DNA of 64,000 nt from Callorhinchus milii. Its lineage: Eukaryota. The DNA lies in assembly GCF_018977255.1 (NCBI RefSeq), contig NW_024704742.1, positions 33,048,001 to 33,112,000 on the forward strand. The letters run 5' to 3'. The position numbers and the translations under genes are program-made. Shown here piece after piece: positions 35,631 through 47,744 of the stretch. Numbering within the stretch: position 1 is the first letter of the stretch; every line of letters starts with the position of its first letter. The notes under the pieces are model-generated. The model was not told the DNA's origin and ran no database searches. It worked only from the letters and a program-made list of their open reading frames with translations.

Positions 35631-37696
35631 TAATGGAAAGAATTTCTGGAAGGGGAATAATTATTCTGTTACTTTCTAAAACTACTTAAGTTGTATGGAT
35701 GTGCTGTGCATTGAGCTACAAGACACAATCACTACAGTTCAGAGTATATGCTGTGAAGCACTTTTTGATCTTCCTGACATCAAAGATGTGATATCAAATG
35801 CAAAGACTATTATTTACTATAATGTTGCTGCATTTATTTTGTTGAGTAACTTACAGTCAATTTGCAAACACAATGTCCCACTACCAGCCGTGAAGTGAAT
35901 GACTAATGTTATCTTGGGGATTAATGGCAGGATATTGGGAGAAATGTCTATTCAATTAGTGCATGAGATTTTCAATGCCCCCCTGAAAAGGCTCATGGGA
36001 TCTTGGTTTGACATTGGTTTGAAAGAAGGAACATGAGGCTATTTAGAAGAAAAGGGTAAAGTTTATATAAAAAAAAGTTCCATGCATTAGTCAACTTGTT
36101 TTGAAACACTGCAAAATTTGGTTCAAAATTACCCTTCTCACATTTCCCATGTCAGAAGCAATGTTGAAATAAATCCAGAAAAAACTGTTGTTTCCTTTTC
36201 TTGTGGAGTTGCATTGGTTCTGCTAAATTTCAGAAATCAGATTGATACATAGTAACAATGGAACTGAATGTATTTGTTTTCTCATTTCTTCCACAAAATA
36301 CAGAGTCAATCCACTTTACACTGTATCCTGTGAAGCGCTTTAAGTTGTCTCGACAACATGTATCACAACCAAGGATTATTATTAAATTTGTCTTAAGATA
36401 CATTCCTAACTACCAACTATAAGAGTAATGAGTAATTTCACCCTTGGTTTCAGTAGGTGCTCCTATTTCAAGAATAAAGACTGTGGTTGTCTATTAGTTT
36501 AACTATTTACTGCCTCTCCAGATGGTGGTTGAATGGATATGCAGTAACCTCACAGGTAACCTGTGTGTGCATTCTTTACTTGTATACACATCAGCTGCTG
36601 CTGCCATTTCAAATTTGCAAATGCCAATCTGAAATGAATTATGCCACTGAAGTTGTTCATCTGACTCAAGTCTTATAGCTGTCATTGTTCTTCTTGCCCC
36701 TTTGGGGGTGTCAATTTTGCTTAGCACTCTGACCTCTAGGTTAAATGGCTGTGGAGTCAAGCCACAAGTCAAGACTTCATAGCCTTATGAAAGAGAATGA
36801 ACTTCATTGAAATGGCTCAAAGCGCTTCACAAATGATCGCTGTCAAGAGCAATGACTTTTATTTAATAATAAAAAAATACATTTTATATAGCATCTTTTG
36901 TGTTGAGAGGAAGTCTCAAAGGGCTTCACATGATTTATAAATATAATAATAATAATTTACTGTAAATTGTAGCGACTATGTATTTTGTAAGCAATGTGCA
37001 GCCTTTTGCCTGTAAAAATTGGTTTCTGAAAATTGCAGTAGTAGCTACCCATTTATTATTGTTGGTTTGTTATTGCTCAATCTGCAGGCTTTACATGGCA
37101 ATACTGCATTATTTCAGTGCCATCTGGATCATTTTGTCCAAGAACAAATCACATATTTAATTATTTATTCAGATTTGATAGGCCTTGTAACTACTTCTAG
37201 GAATCTTTTCAAATCCCGAGGCAATCATTATGTACAGAGCCATGAGCTTCTACAGTAACTATTTTTAATGTTTGAGTTCAATCTCCAGGAGTCTTTGTGA
37301 AGCTAAATGATACCTGGCTTTTTTGTGGATGAAGTTCTTTGCCTCCCTCTTATTATGGAAGTGTATTGGCATGTTTTCAGTCTGTAAGGTTCGTGGAGCA
37401 GAAAGATCCTGATTGGAAGACTTCACTGTGTGGACACATTAATGTAGTCACAGCAAGTATATGTTACGAGGTTGTTCTGTTTTCTGGAGTGGGAAATTCA
37501 AAGATGCATTTACTTTTGCTTTTGGTTGGGAGACGGCAGGGTTTACAGGAAATCCTCCTAATTTCCTTACCTCACTGGGTCTACTCCACTTCAGACTAGG
37601 GATTTACCTCCTCTCAAACTGGTTGCTTGGAACTGTTGCATGTCATTTGCCTCTTTTGCACCTTGACATCCTCTTGGACTGATGTGTCAGTGCCAA

Positions 37697-38034
37697 TATA
37701 ATCATCCTTGCTTTTGATATAGTGCCTTATCACGTCTTCGAGAATATAATGTAAAGTGACTTGACTATATTTTGTAGGCGAAACCCGGTAGCCGATTGCG
37801 CATAGCAGTGTCCCACAAATAGTCATGGATTGAATGACCAATTTATTGTTATTTTTTTTTGAAGTAATTATTACCCCCGGAAAAGCAACCGCCAATCGAC
37901 TAACAGCCAGGTTCCTACTAACTGCTAGGTAAACAGAGGCGTTTGGAGTAAGGAAACTTGCCTAACGTTTCGCCCTGCCGGGAATCAAACTCAGGTCTCT
38001 CGCTTGTGAAGTGAGTGCTCTAACCACTGAGCTA
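37697..38034 (-). mobile_element. SINE family A, long form
   Basis: Homology to other copies; tRNA-like head at about 37975-38034. Confidence 0.88.
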
Positions 38035-38278
38035 AATATTAAACTCCTTGGGATTGCTCAAAGGCTTATATAAATTTATACTGTATTATATGTGAAAGGC
38101 TTTATAAGATTGTAAACTTATACTGTGTACTATATGGACTGTACATTCAGGCACTCTTTGGTGCTGAACACTTGCTCGAATGCACGAGTACTAGCTTGTT
38201 TTTAAAGATTAAAAATTGGTGTTGGTAACCATCATCACGGTGCAGTGATGTGTTATGCTTCACTCTTCGGACCTAAGA

Positions 38279-38649
38279 TAATAATAATAATCCTTGCATT
38301 TGATATATCGTTTTTCATGTCTTATAGATGTTTCAAAGCCTTCACAGAATATGCTGTAAAGTGAATTGACACTATATTTATGTGCAAAACGCAGCAGACA
38401 ATTGCGCATAGCAGTGTCCCACAAACAGTCGTGGATAGAGTGACCAAATTATTATTGTTTTTTTTTTGAAGGATTATTATCCCTGGAAAAGCAATCCGCC
38501 AATCGATTAACAACCGAGTTCCTACTTACTGCTAGGTAAACAAAGGTGTATGGAGTAAGAAAACTTGCCCAACATTTTGCCTTGCCGGGAATCAAACCCA
38601 GGTCTCTTGTTTGCAAGGCGAGTGCTCTAACCACTGGTTATAGGACTCC
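38279..38649 (-). mobile_element. SINE family A, long form, full length
   Basis: Runs from the GGAGTCC head to the (TTA)n tail. Confidence 0.9.
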
Positions 38650-39374
38650 ACTGAGCTACCGATGAAGTACTTTAGAGAATAATTTACCTCTTTGGTTTTA
38701 CTTATTTTGAAGCATCTTCAGTTTTACTTATTTTCAGTGTTTTTAGGTATGATGTTAGGGAAAAAAGTGACCTATTTAAATTCTGCTTGTCAGTTATATT
38801 TAACACATTCTCTAAAGCACGATATTGTCTGCTAATGCCAGTAAAGTCTAGAATTGCTATTACTGGTGGTATAGGGATATATCTTGGAATCGCTGCGTTC
38901 TGCCATCTCTCCCAATGTAATCATCCTAAAGGTGGGATTGTATGCTGGCCATTGTTATCAATGTCCTGCTTGAGGTAATTTGTTCCCTCAAAGCAGTACC
39001 TGAACTCAAATGCAGGAAATTGTTTTCTGTTTGTAAGGCAGTTCAAATGCTTTAATGAGAAGCTCTTCTAGGTAAGAGTTTCCTGTGCATTGATGGGAAA
39101 TCATTTCCATCCATCAATCAATAAACTGCTGAAAAACTGACAGAGCTCATTACTGTGCTTCTGAAGAGTGACTTGGGAAAAAGGGCAGTTATTGAATAGA
39201 TAACTAGGTCAAAAATGTATTAAAGTATATTTTAACTTTCCTTTCCCCAATGGAGACCAAGGTTTAATCAGTCTGAAACAGTGGCCCAGAAATATTCTTA
39301 CCAACAAAATGGATCTGATTCGTAGCCCAGCTGATCAGAATGTAATGCTGCAATATTGCAATCTAAATTTTAAT

Positions 39375-39670
39375 AAGCCTTGCATTTGATTTAGGGCCTT
39401 ATCACTCAGTTCATCTGCCTCAAAGCTCTTCTCAAGATTTACCATAAGGTGTGATGACTATGTATTTTTAGATAATTGTGGCAGCGAATTTTGCGACCAG
39501 CAATGCCCCGCAAACAGCCATGACTTGAATGTCTATTTTTATATGGGGATTTTTGGCCAGAACACCAGGACGAATTCCCTTCTCTTTTCATATAATATGT
39601 TGAGATCTTTAATGTCCACTTGAATAGAGAAACAAGACTTTAACAGAAGGACGACAGCTCCAACAATTCA
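39375..39670 (-). mobile_element. Deu-domain SINE, 3' two-thirds
   Basis: Homology to 44691-45105. Confidence 0.68.
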
Positions 39671-39772
39671 AGGATTGGCAACTAGTAAACCTTGAGTACA
39701 ACCCATGTACAGAGGGAAAGATGGATGCCATCAACCCTTAAATTATCAATGAAAGGAATGTGTTATTAAATT

Positions 39773-40158
39773 AACAACAACAAGATTACATTTGTATAGC
39801 ACCTTTCACGTTGGGAGGATATGCCAAGGCACTGGACAGTGTACAGCATTTCAGACCCGAACTGGGGTCAGGGAGGGAGAAGGGAGGGGAGGGGAAGGTG
39901 GGTGACCGATAGCATGGTCAAAGAGGAGGGTTTTAAGGCGGGACTTGAAGAAGGCTAAGGAGGGGTCGAGGCGGAGTGATTGGGGTGTGGAATTCCGGAG
40001 GTTGGGGGCAGAGTGGCTGAAGAATCTCCCACCAATGGTGGGGCGGGTGGGTCGGGGGACGTGGAGCAGGCCTGAGTGAAGGGAGCAGGTGGGTTGGTAG
40101 AGGGTTAGGAGGTCGCAGAGGTAGGGTGGGGCAAGGCCATGGAGGGCCTTGTAGGTAA
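39773..40158 (-). mobile_element. L2 3' fragment
   Basis: (CAA)n and stem-loop tail, then the ORF2 C-terminus. Confidence 0.87.
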
Positions 40159-40551
40159 ATTAATAACTAATCGGTTTCATTGTTTAATTAGATAATTAAA
40201 GATCCCTGTCATTTCCTTTGTACATATGTGTTTACACACAGAGCATAATAAACCACACTATCTGATCTGAATGTTCCACTTGCCAGACATTTATCATCCA
40301 TTTTATTAGTAGTATATTCTCCATTTTTTGAATAACTACTTTTCGTGGGGAATGCAGTTTCATTTTATGTGTACTATTCAAGCTTCTTTGGGCCATCAGA
40401 TACTTTAGAACAAATGAATCCTATTTGTTTTGTTGCTGAAAGAAAAGTAGGGATTACTCTGAGCAACCTCTGACTTTTTCGTTTTTATCCATGGATTTTT
40501 ATCCAATTCTGTGTTTTTTTCCCTGTTCTTTGTGAGTTGCCTTTGAAGAGT

Positions 40552-41611
40552 AATAATAACAATAATCCTTGCATTTGATATTGTGCCTTATCACGTTTTT
40601 GAGATGTCTCAAAATACTTCACAGATTATACTGTAAAGTGAATTGACCGTATATTTTGTGGGTGAAACTCAGCAGCCAATTGCGCTCAACAGTTTCTGAC
40701 AAACGGTCGTGGATTGAGTGACCAAATTTTTTTTTAAGGGATTATTACCTCTCTGAGCCAGTCAGTAAGCTAGGCATCTTGTTCGACCCTCAACTACTCC
40801 ACATCCCTGCTATGTCCTTCTCTGCCTTCCCCCACCTCCGCAACATGGCCCGACTCCGCCACTACATCACCTGTCGAAACCCTCATACATGCTTTCATTA
40901 CATCCAGGCTCGACTATGCCAACGCCCTGCTTGTCAGCCTTCCCAACTCTTCCTTTCACAAGCTGCAGATCATCCAGAATTGTGCAGCTCGTGCCTCTCC
41001 CACACAAGCTCTGTGACCCCATCACACCCACGCTCTCCCGGCTCCACTGGCTCCCCATCCCTCAGAGGATCGAATTCAAAATCCTCATCCTCACCTTCAA
41101 GACCTCCATGACTTACCCCTCCTATCTCTCCAACCTGCTAACCCCTTATCAACCTGTCCGCTCCCTCCACTCAGCAGCTCCGGCCTGCTCCATGTCTCCC
41201 ACCCAGCCTGCCCCACCATTGGACCTTCAGCCTCTCTGTTCCCATCTTCTGGAACTCCATCCCACATTCCCTACGCCTCGCTCCCTCCCTTGCCTCCTTC
41301 GAGGCACAACTCAAGACCCTCCTCTTCGACCGTGTTTTCGACCACCCTCCCTGCCCTCCACCCTCCTGATCCTAACCCCTCCCCTCCTTTCTCAGGTCCT
41401 AATCCCTGACTGTTCAGCGCCTTGGGACATCCTCCCAATGTGAAAGGCGCTTTACAAACGTAATTTTGTATTGTATTACCTCTGGAAAAGCAATCCACCA
41501 ATCGACTAATAACCAGGTTCCTACTTATTGCTAGCTAAACAAGAGTGTGTCGAGTAAGGAAGCTTGCCTAACGATTTACCTGCCGCCAATCAAACCCTGG
41601 TCCTCTCGCTT
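40552..41611 (-). mobile_element. SINE family A split by an L2 insertion (pieces 40552-40752 and 41474-41611)
   Basis: The two halves are contiguous in the family consensus. TATTACCTCT is duplicated at 40743-40752 and 41474-41483. Confidence 0.88.
40753..41473 (+). mobile_element. L2 3' fragment with 10-bp target-site duplication
   Basis: LHWLPIPQRIEFKILILTFK, L2 tail, and TATTACCTCT duplication. Confidence 0.9.
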
Positions 41612-42576
41612 TTCACATTCTCTCACACCCAATAAAGTGTAGGGGATTGTTTTAACCTTTGCCTTCACTTCCGTCTATCTCCCCATCTTGTTTTTATCTG
41701 TAAATGTTTACTTCAAGGCCATGGTCCTATTTGTGAACTACAGATTCAGCTCTGGGCAGATTCCATAAACAGGAATTGCTGCTATTATGAAGTACAGTAT
41801 GAAACAATAACATTTCAGTTTTTAATTTGAGTGTCTGGTGGCATCAATGCTAAGAGCAAAGATTAATATTACAGCTGCGTACTTTGACATGCTATGTTTG
41901 CCTTGCTTATTTCTCATTAATGTTGGGGATATTACTTTTTTTTAAAGTTAACATGTTACCAACCATCTTAAATTTCACTATATTAATGTTGGTCCCATGT
42001 GCACCATTACATCCTATAGCATGCTTTCCTGTTTTATTTTTAAATGAGATGAGCCATAAAAATTAATCGACGAACAGCATTTGCTTCAATGGTTTAATTT
42101 CAATTGGGAGGGGTGGGGGGGATGCTTCACAAGGTTGCTTTAACTTCTTTGTCTTACTGTTCCTAACCCCAGTTTCTTTATATAGAACAACGGCACTGAC
42201 ATATAGTTCCTTTCACATCTCGAAGCAGTTCCCATGGATAGAGTGAGACACTAAGCAAGGTGCAAAAGGTGGAAAGTGACCAAAAGCATGTTTGAAGAGA
42301 TTGTTTTAGAATGGTATTGAAAATGGTGAGAAAGTGTGAAAGGCAGAGGCACTTTGGAAATGAGTTCCAGAGAGCAGTGACATGGTGGCTGAAAGCTCAG
42401 CCTCTGATGATGAAATGAAAGGTGTGAGGCCTGTGCAGCAAGCTTGGGTTTGTAGAGCTAAAGGAGGGGATGGGAAAGTAGGGGTTAGACATAATTACAG
42501 GAGGAGGGTGGGATACGAGTATGGAGGGATCTGAAAGTAGGCAAGAACCTCATAATCGATGGCTGATACTCCAGTG

Positions 42577-43311
42577 CAACAACAACAACAAAATGACATT
42601 TGTATAACACCTTTCACGTCGGGAGGACGTCCCAAGGCGCTGGACAGACAGAGTTACGGACCCGAGCTGGGGGTCGGGGTGAGGGAGGGGGGAGGGTAGG
42701 AGGGAAGCAAGGAGATTGAAAGCACGGTCGAAGAGGAGGGTCTTGAGGTGGGTCTTGAATGTGGCGAGGGAGGAGGCAAGACGGAGGGATTGCAGGATGG
42801 AGTTCCAGAGGGTGGGTGCAAAGTGGCGGAAGGCCCGCCCGCTGATAATAATAATAATAATCCTTGCATTTGATATAGCGCTTTTCACAGAACACACTGT
42901 AAAGTGAATTGACTGTATATTTGTGGGCGAACGCGGCAGCCAATTGCGCACAGCAATGTCCCACAAATAGTCGTAGATTGAAAATGACCAATTTATTATT
43001 GTTTTGTTTTTGGAGGGATTATTATTAGGCGTGTGGAGTAAGGAAACTTGCCCAAGGTTTCGCCCTCTGCCTGGAATTGAACTCAGGTCTCTCGCTTGCA
43101 AAGCGAGTGCTCTAACCACTGAGCTACAGGACTCCGATAGTGGGCTGAGCAAGGGGGGTACGTGCAGCAGGCCAGCGCTCGCTGAGTGGAAGGAGAAAAC
43201 GGTGGTAGGGGATTAGGAGGTCGGAGAAGTAGGGGGGAGCAAGACCGTGGAGGGCTTTGAAGGCGAGGACCAGGATCTTGAACTGTATCCTCTGTGTGAT
43301 GGGATGCATCA
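42577..43311 (-). mobile_element. L2 3' fragment containing a SINE-A, inserted in a DeuSINE
   Basis: QRIQFKILVLAFKALHGLAPPY and GRAFRHFAPTLWNS lie on either side of the SINE. Confidence 0.9.
42848..43135 (-). mobile_element. SINE family A, short form, inserted in an L2
   Basis: Near-identical to 24566-24889. GATA flanks it on both sides (42844-42847 and 43136-43139). Confidence 0.9.
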
Positions 43312-43653
43312 GTGGAGTGATGGAGGTGTGCTGCATTATTGGAGTTGCCACCCTTCGGATGAGATGTTAAACTAAGGCTGGTCTGCTAGTTCAGTTGGAC
43401 ATAAAAATATCCATGGCACTATTCGAAAAGAGAAAGGTGTTTCTCTCGATGTCCTGGCCAACAATTCTCAAGTTAAATTGGTCATTCACCTCCTGGCTGT
43501 TTGTGGGACTTGTTATGTGCACATTTGACTGCTTTGTTTGCCTACAAAATACACAGTTAATTAATCACACAGTAATTAACAGTAATCACTGTGAAGTGCT
43601 TTGAGGGCTTTCAACATGATAAGGCACTATATCAGATGCAAGGATTATTATTA
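43312..43653 (+). mobile_element. Deu-domain SINE body (5' stub at about 42551-42577, split by L2)
   Basis: CTTCGGATGAGATGTTAAAC...ATCCATGGCACTATTCG. The stub GGCTGATACTCCAGTGCA lies just before the L2. Confidence 0.78.
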
Positions 43654-44012
43654 ATTTACAGTGCCAATTTCTGTCATAACTGGACTCCTACATGCTGTGC
43701 ACACTAGCTGTTTGTAGCCATGTGCCTTAGCAAAAAATTGATATATTTTAAGCCACCATCTTATTACTTATCTTGGGATGAAAGAAGAGAAACTAATGCT
43801 GACTATTTTGTGCATGCTGTCCATACCATATGTGTGTGCGCGTGGTGTACACCATGAATCTACTTTGACTGGTAAAATATGCAACATTGTGGATTCAGTT
43901 GTTTTACTCTTTGAATATTGTTTTCCATTGTGGCTTTCAAAGCATATATATGTATACCTTCCTACAGTATGTTTTTTTTCAAAATGATTAGCAAATTTCA
44001 AAGCTTTTTAGT

Positions 44013-44384
44013 ATAATAATAATCCTTGCAGTTGATATAGTGCCTTATCTCGTCTTCAAGGTGTCTCAAAGCATATTCTGTAAATTGACTGTAAATCTTG
44101 TGAGCGAAATGTGGCAACCAATTGTGAACAGCAGTGTCCCACAAACAGTCGAGGATGATGTGACCAAATTATTATTTTTTTAATTAAATTTATTTTTGGA
44201 GTGATTATTACCCCCCGGAAAAACGATCCGTCAATCGACTAACAACAAGGTTCCCACTTACTGCTAGGTAAACAGAAACGTGTGGAGTAAGGAAACTTGC
44301 CCAACATTTCGCCCTGCCCGGGCATCAAACCCAGGTGCTCTTGCTTGTGAGGCGAGTGCTCCAACCACTAAACTACAGGAGTCC
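44013..44384 (-). mobile_element. SINE family A, long form
   Basis: Homology to other copies from head to tail. Confidence 0.88.
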
Positions 44385-44690
44385 ACACCCCAGTATGAAA
44401 TAAATGGGGGAATGCTTGGCACAACAGACACATTTTTCTAATCTCAAGCTACATTTTTATACAGTGAAAATCACATGAGCATAAACCCAACACAAGATAA
44501 TGTGTTTGTCATACTAAAATAACATCACATTAAATTGTAAGCTGGTAAATAAATTGACAAGGTAATTTAATTAAAACAATTTAACTTTTGGACTTGAATT
44601 TGTTTTATTCTCTCAAGATTAGTCCCAAATCACACTGTTCCAAAGAAAGTGTTGCTTTATCTTTATTGTGGTGCATTGTCTTTCTCATTC

Positions 44691-45105
44691 TGTCAGTCTG
44701 GTGTAGTGGTAGCACCCTAGACTCTGAGTCAAAAGATTGTGGGTTCAAGCCCCACATCCGAACTTGGAATCACATAGTCTAAGCTGATACTCCCAATACA
44801 GTGCGGGGGGGTGTTGCATTATCAGAAGTGCCGTCTTTCAGATGAGATGTTAAATCGATGTCCTGTCTGCCTGTTCAGGTGGACCTTAAAGATCCCATGG
44901 CATTATTCAAAAAGAGAAGGGAGTTTCTCCTGGTTTCTCCTGGCCAACAATCTCCTAAAATAAATGTTGTCATTCACTCCATGGCCTTTTGTGGGACGTT
45001 GCTGTGAGCAAGTGGCTGTCGCTTAGAAAATACACAGTCAATCCACTTTAGTGTATATCTTATGAAGCGTTTTGAGACGTCTCATATGCAAGGATTATTA
45101 TTATT
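44691..45105 (+). mobile_element. Deu-domain SINE (DeuSINE superfamily), best copy in the window
   Basis: tRNA-Gln-like head (GACTCTGAGTC arm, GGTTCAAGCCC B box); central GTGCCGTCTTTCAGATGAGATGTTAAA...GTGGACCTTAAAGATCCCATGGCA...CTGGCCAA recognised as the Deu domain; L2-type tail. Confidence 0.8.
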
Positions 45106-45703
45106 GTTGAAGGTTGTGATATCAAATGAAAATATTGCACGTTTTGCAAACTCTATTGGGGTGCCATCCTTCAGATGAGAGGATGTTAAACTGAGCCCTG
45201 TTTCCTGTAACTGAAGTGGATCAATCCTTTATATTTTTACATTATAGGGCATTTTATGATATTCTCCAGTTCATGGAAACCTAGAAATGTTCAGCACAAA
45301 AATTCTGTAACATTTTTATTAATCCCTTAATTTTGAATTAAATCTTTCTGGATATCACTGGCAAATTGAGCAATTTGTTAAACTGTTTCCATTAAACAGT
45401 TTAAACTTAAAGTTCGAAAAAAAGAAAAATTTTGTTTAAAAAAGGGAAACTAAATTTTTAGACATCCTACTCTGGAATTTGTTAATACCTTTTCAAATTG
45501 GAGTTATGATGAAATTAACTATTTAAACTTTTCTCTTTGTGATTTGACATCCCAGCCTCTGTGGGGCATAGTAACTTGATACGAGCTTCTCTCCCACATA
45601 TAAAAAAAGATTACAACAACAACAACAAGATTCCATTTATAAAGCGCCTTTCACGTCAGGAGGACGTCCCAAGGCGCTGCACAGTTGGGTCATGACCCGA
45701 GCA

Positions 45704-45842
45704 GGGGGGAAATGGTCAGGGTGAGGGGAGGGAAGGGAGGGAGCGAGGAGGGGGGAAATGGTCAGGGTGAGGGAAGGGAGGGAGCAAGGAGGGGGAAATG
45801 GTCAGGGTGAGGGGAGGGAAGGGAGGGAGCGAGGAGGGGGAA
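45704..45842 (+). repeat. Purine-rich tandem repeat, 3 units of 42-47 nt
   Basis: GGGGGAAATGGTCAGGGTGAGGG(GAGGG)AAGGGAGGGAGCRAGGA three times, attached to an L2 3' end. Confidence 0.9.
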
Positions 45843-47744
45843 GAGAGTCGATTAGGTGAACTACGAGATGTGTAGAAACAATAGAACAGGTTCTACTGTA
45901 TTTCTGTATTCAATGAGCTATGATAATCATCCTTGCATTTGATATGGCACTTTATCACGTTGTCACAACATCTGAAAGTGCCTCACAGGATTTAATGCAG
46001 AGTGTAGTGACTGTGCACTTGTAGGCAAATAAAAGGAACTGGTTTAAAAACAAATCGGTGAACCTAGAGTGTGATACAACTGACGTCAGCTTTTGTCCAC
46101 AAAATACACATTCAGTATACTTGACAGGATAGGGCAGGAGGCCGCAGACCTCCAATGGACCAGAGGCCTCCTGCATTACGTCATGCTGGTCCAACCTCTG
46201 CTGAGCGCCTGCTCCTGTCGCAGGATAGGGTAGGAGGCCTCTAGGATGCAAGATGGCATCTAAAAGGACGAGTTATCTGATCAATTCATTATTGAACTGC
46301 TTACAAGAATTTCTAGAATTCAACCATTTACTTGTTCAATGGAGTGATGAATAAAACGTCCCTTAATAACATTTTACAAGGGAAGCAGCCGGGATATTGG
46401 TAACTTAAGTGGTAGTGACAAGTTAACCAGGGTCGAGTTATCAGGGGTTCATGTATTTCTTTTAGGACTTACCATAGAAGTCTAAAGCAACCTTAGCAGG
46501 CTGTAGGTGTACTCTATCCTCATCTCTCACGTGGCTTGTACCACATATTTTTAATATAAAAACAAGTTGGAATTTTAATTTGCTTCTAATCAAACATTAT
46601 TTGCATCTATGTTTTCTTTAACCTTGAAATAACTTGCATTTATGACGCTTGCTCTTCTTGGCCTGCTCACATTTGTTGCTAACAATTTACCACAACAGAA
46701 GTGGTTATTTCATTGTGTTGAGTGTCAGGTGATGAACTTAGTAGCCTGTTTTTTTTAATCCAATTGCAAAGAGGTAGTTCAAGAACTACTACCTCTTTGA
46801 CTGCACATCTGGTCATCTTTCCCCTGCCACTCCCAGCTCGGGTGCCACGCCAGTATTGTTAAGCGCGTTGGGATATCCTCCCGATGTGAAGGACGCTTAA
46901 CATAGGTGAAGGTTGCTTAAATAGAAAATTGTATTGTATTTGATTGATAAATGCTTGGTTTATACAATCATTTTATACTCTTTGTAAAGCATATAACCTT
47001 GTTAATAGATATTCCTTGTTAGCTTACTTTGCAATAATTTCCCCGTTTGTGAAAAGAAAAAGTAACAGGATCCAGATGGATGTTGAGTGTAGACGTCTGG
47101 GGAAGGTGTTGGCGATTGGTGGAATGCCGTTCGCAGTAGCTTAATTGACAGGATGTGGGCACAGTCCCTTTCGATCCCTATCTGTGTGTATGGTAGCCTT
47201 GTGGTATTGTTACATTTCGCAAGAACATCACAGCATTGCTGTTCCAAGACTTTGTACAAGCAACATCTAATCATGTAATTACTGTTTAAACTAAGTACTA
47301 CATTGTTGTAGAATGATAAATTATTGATTCTGTTTGGTTCACTTCAATAACTGCTATCAGATTATTGGTTTTACACAGCACTGTCTGCAATATAGAATTA
47401 TTGATCATTCAATTTGGCACCAAATGGCTCTTTATACAGTGTACAGATTTTAATTTTATATACAATGTCCTGGTGTCTGTAAGATGACAGATGGATTTGG
47501 GAAGATTGACAAGCAGGGAATTGGGGTAGTCAAGCTTAGATGTAATAAGTGCATGGATGAGGGGTCCGGCAGCCTGAGGGGAGAAGCAGTGGCAGAGCCG
47601 GGTGATGTTGCAGAGGTTGGGGAAGACAGTGCGGGTCATGTCACGAATGTGGGGAAGAAAGGACAGTTGAGCATTGAACTAGATGACAATTTTTCAGCCT
47701 GGCTCAGGTGACTGGCCTGGCAATGGAATGACAGAATCGAGCCA

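Noticed and set aside
42550..43152. 200-aa ORF
   Set aside because: SINE sequence read into an L2 C-terminal fragment.
44825..44905. Hammerhead ribozyme suggested by CAGATGAG in the Deu domain
   Set aside because: It lacks the CTGANGA core and a correctly placed GAAA with supporting stems.
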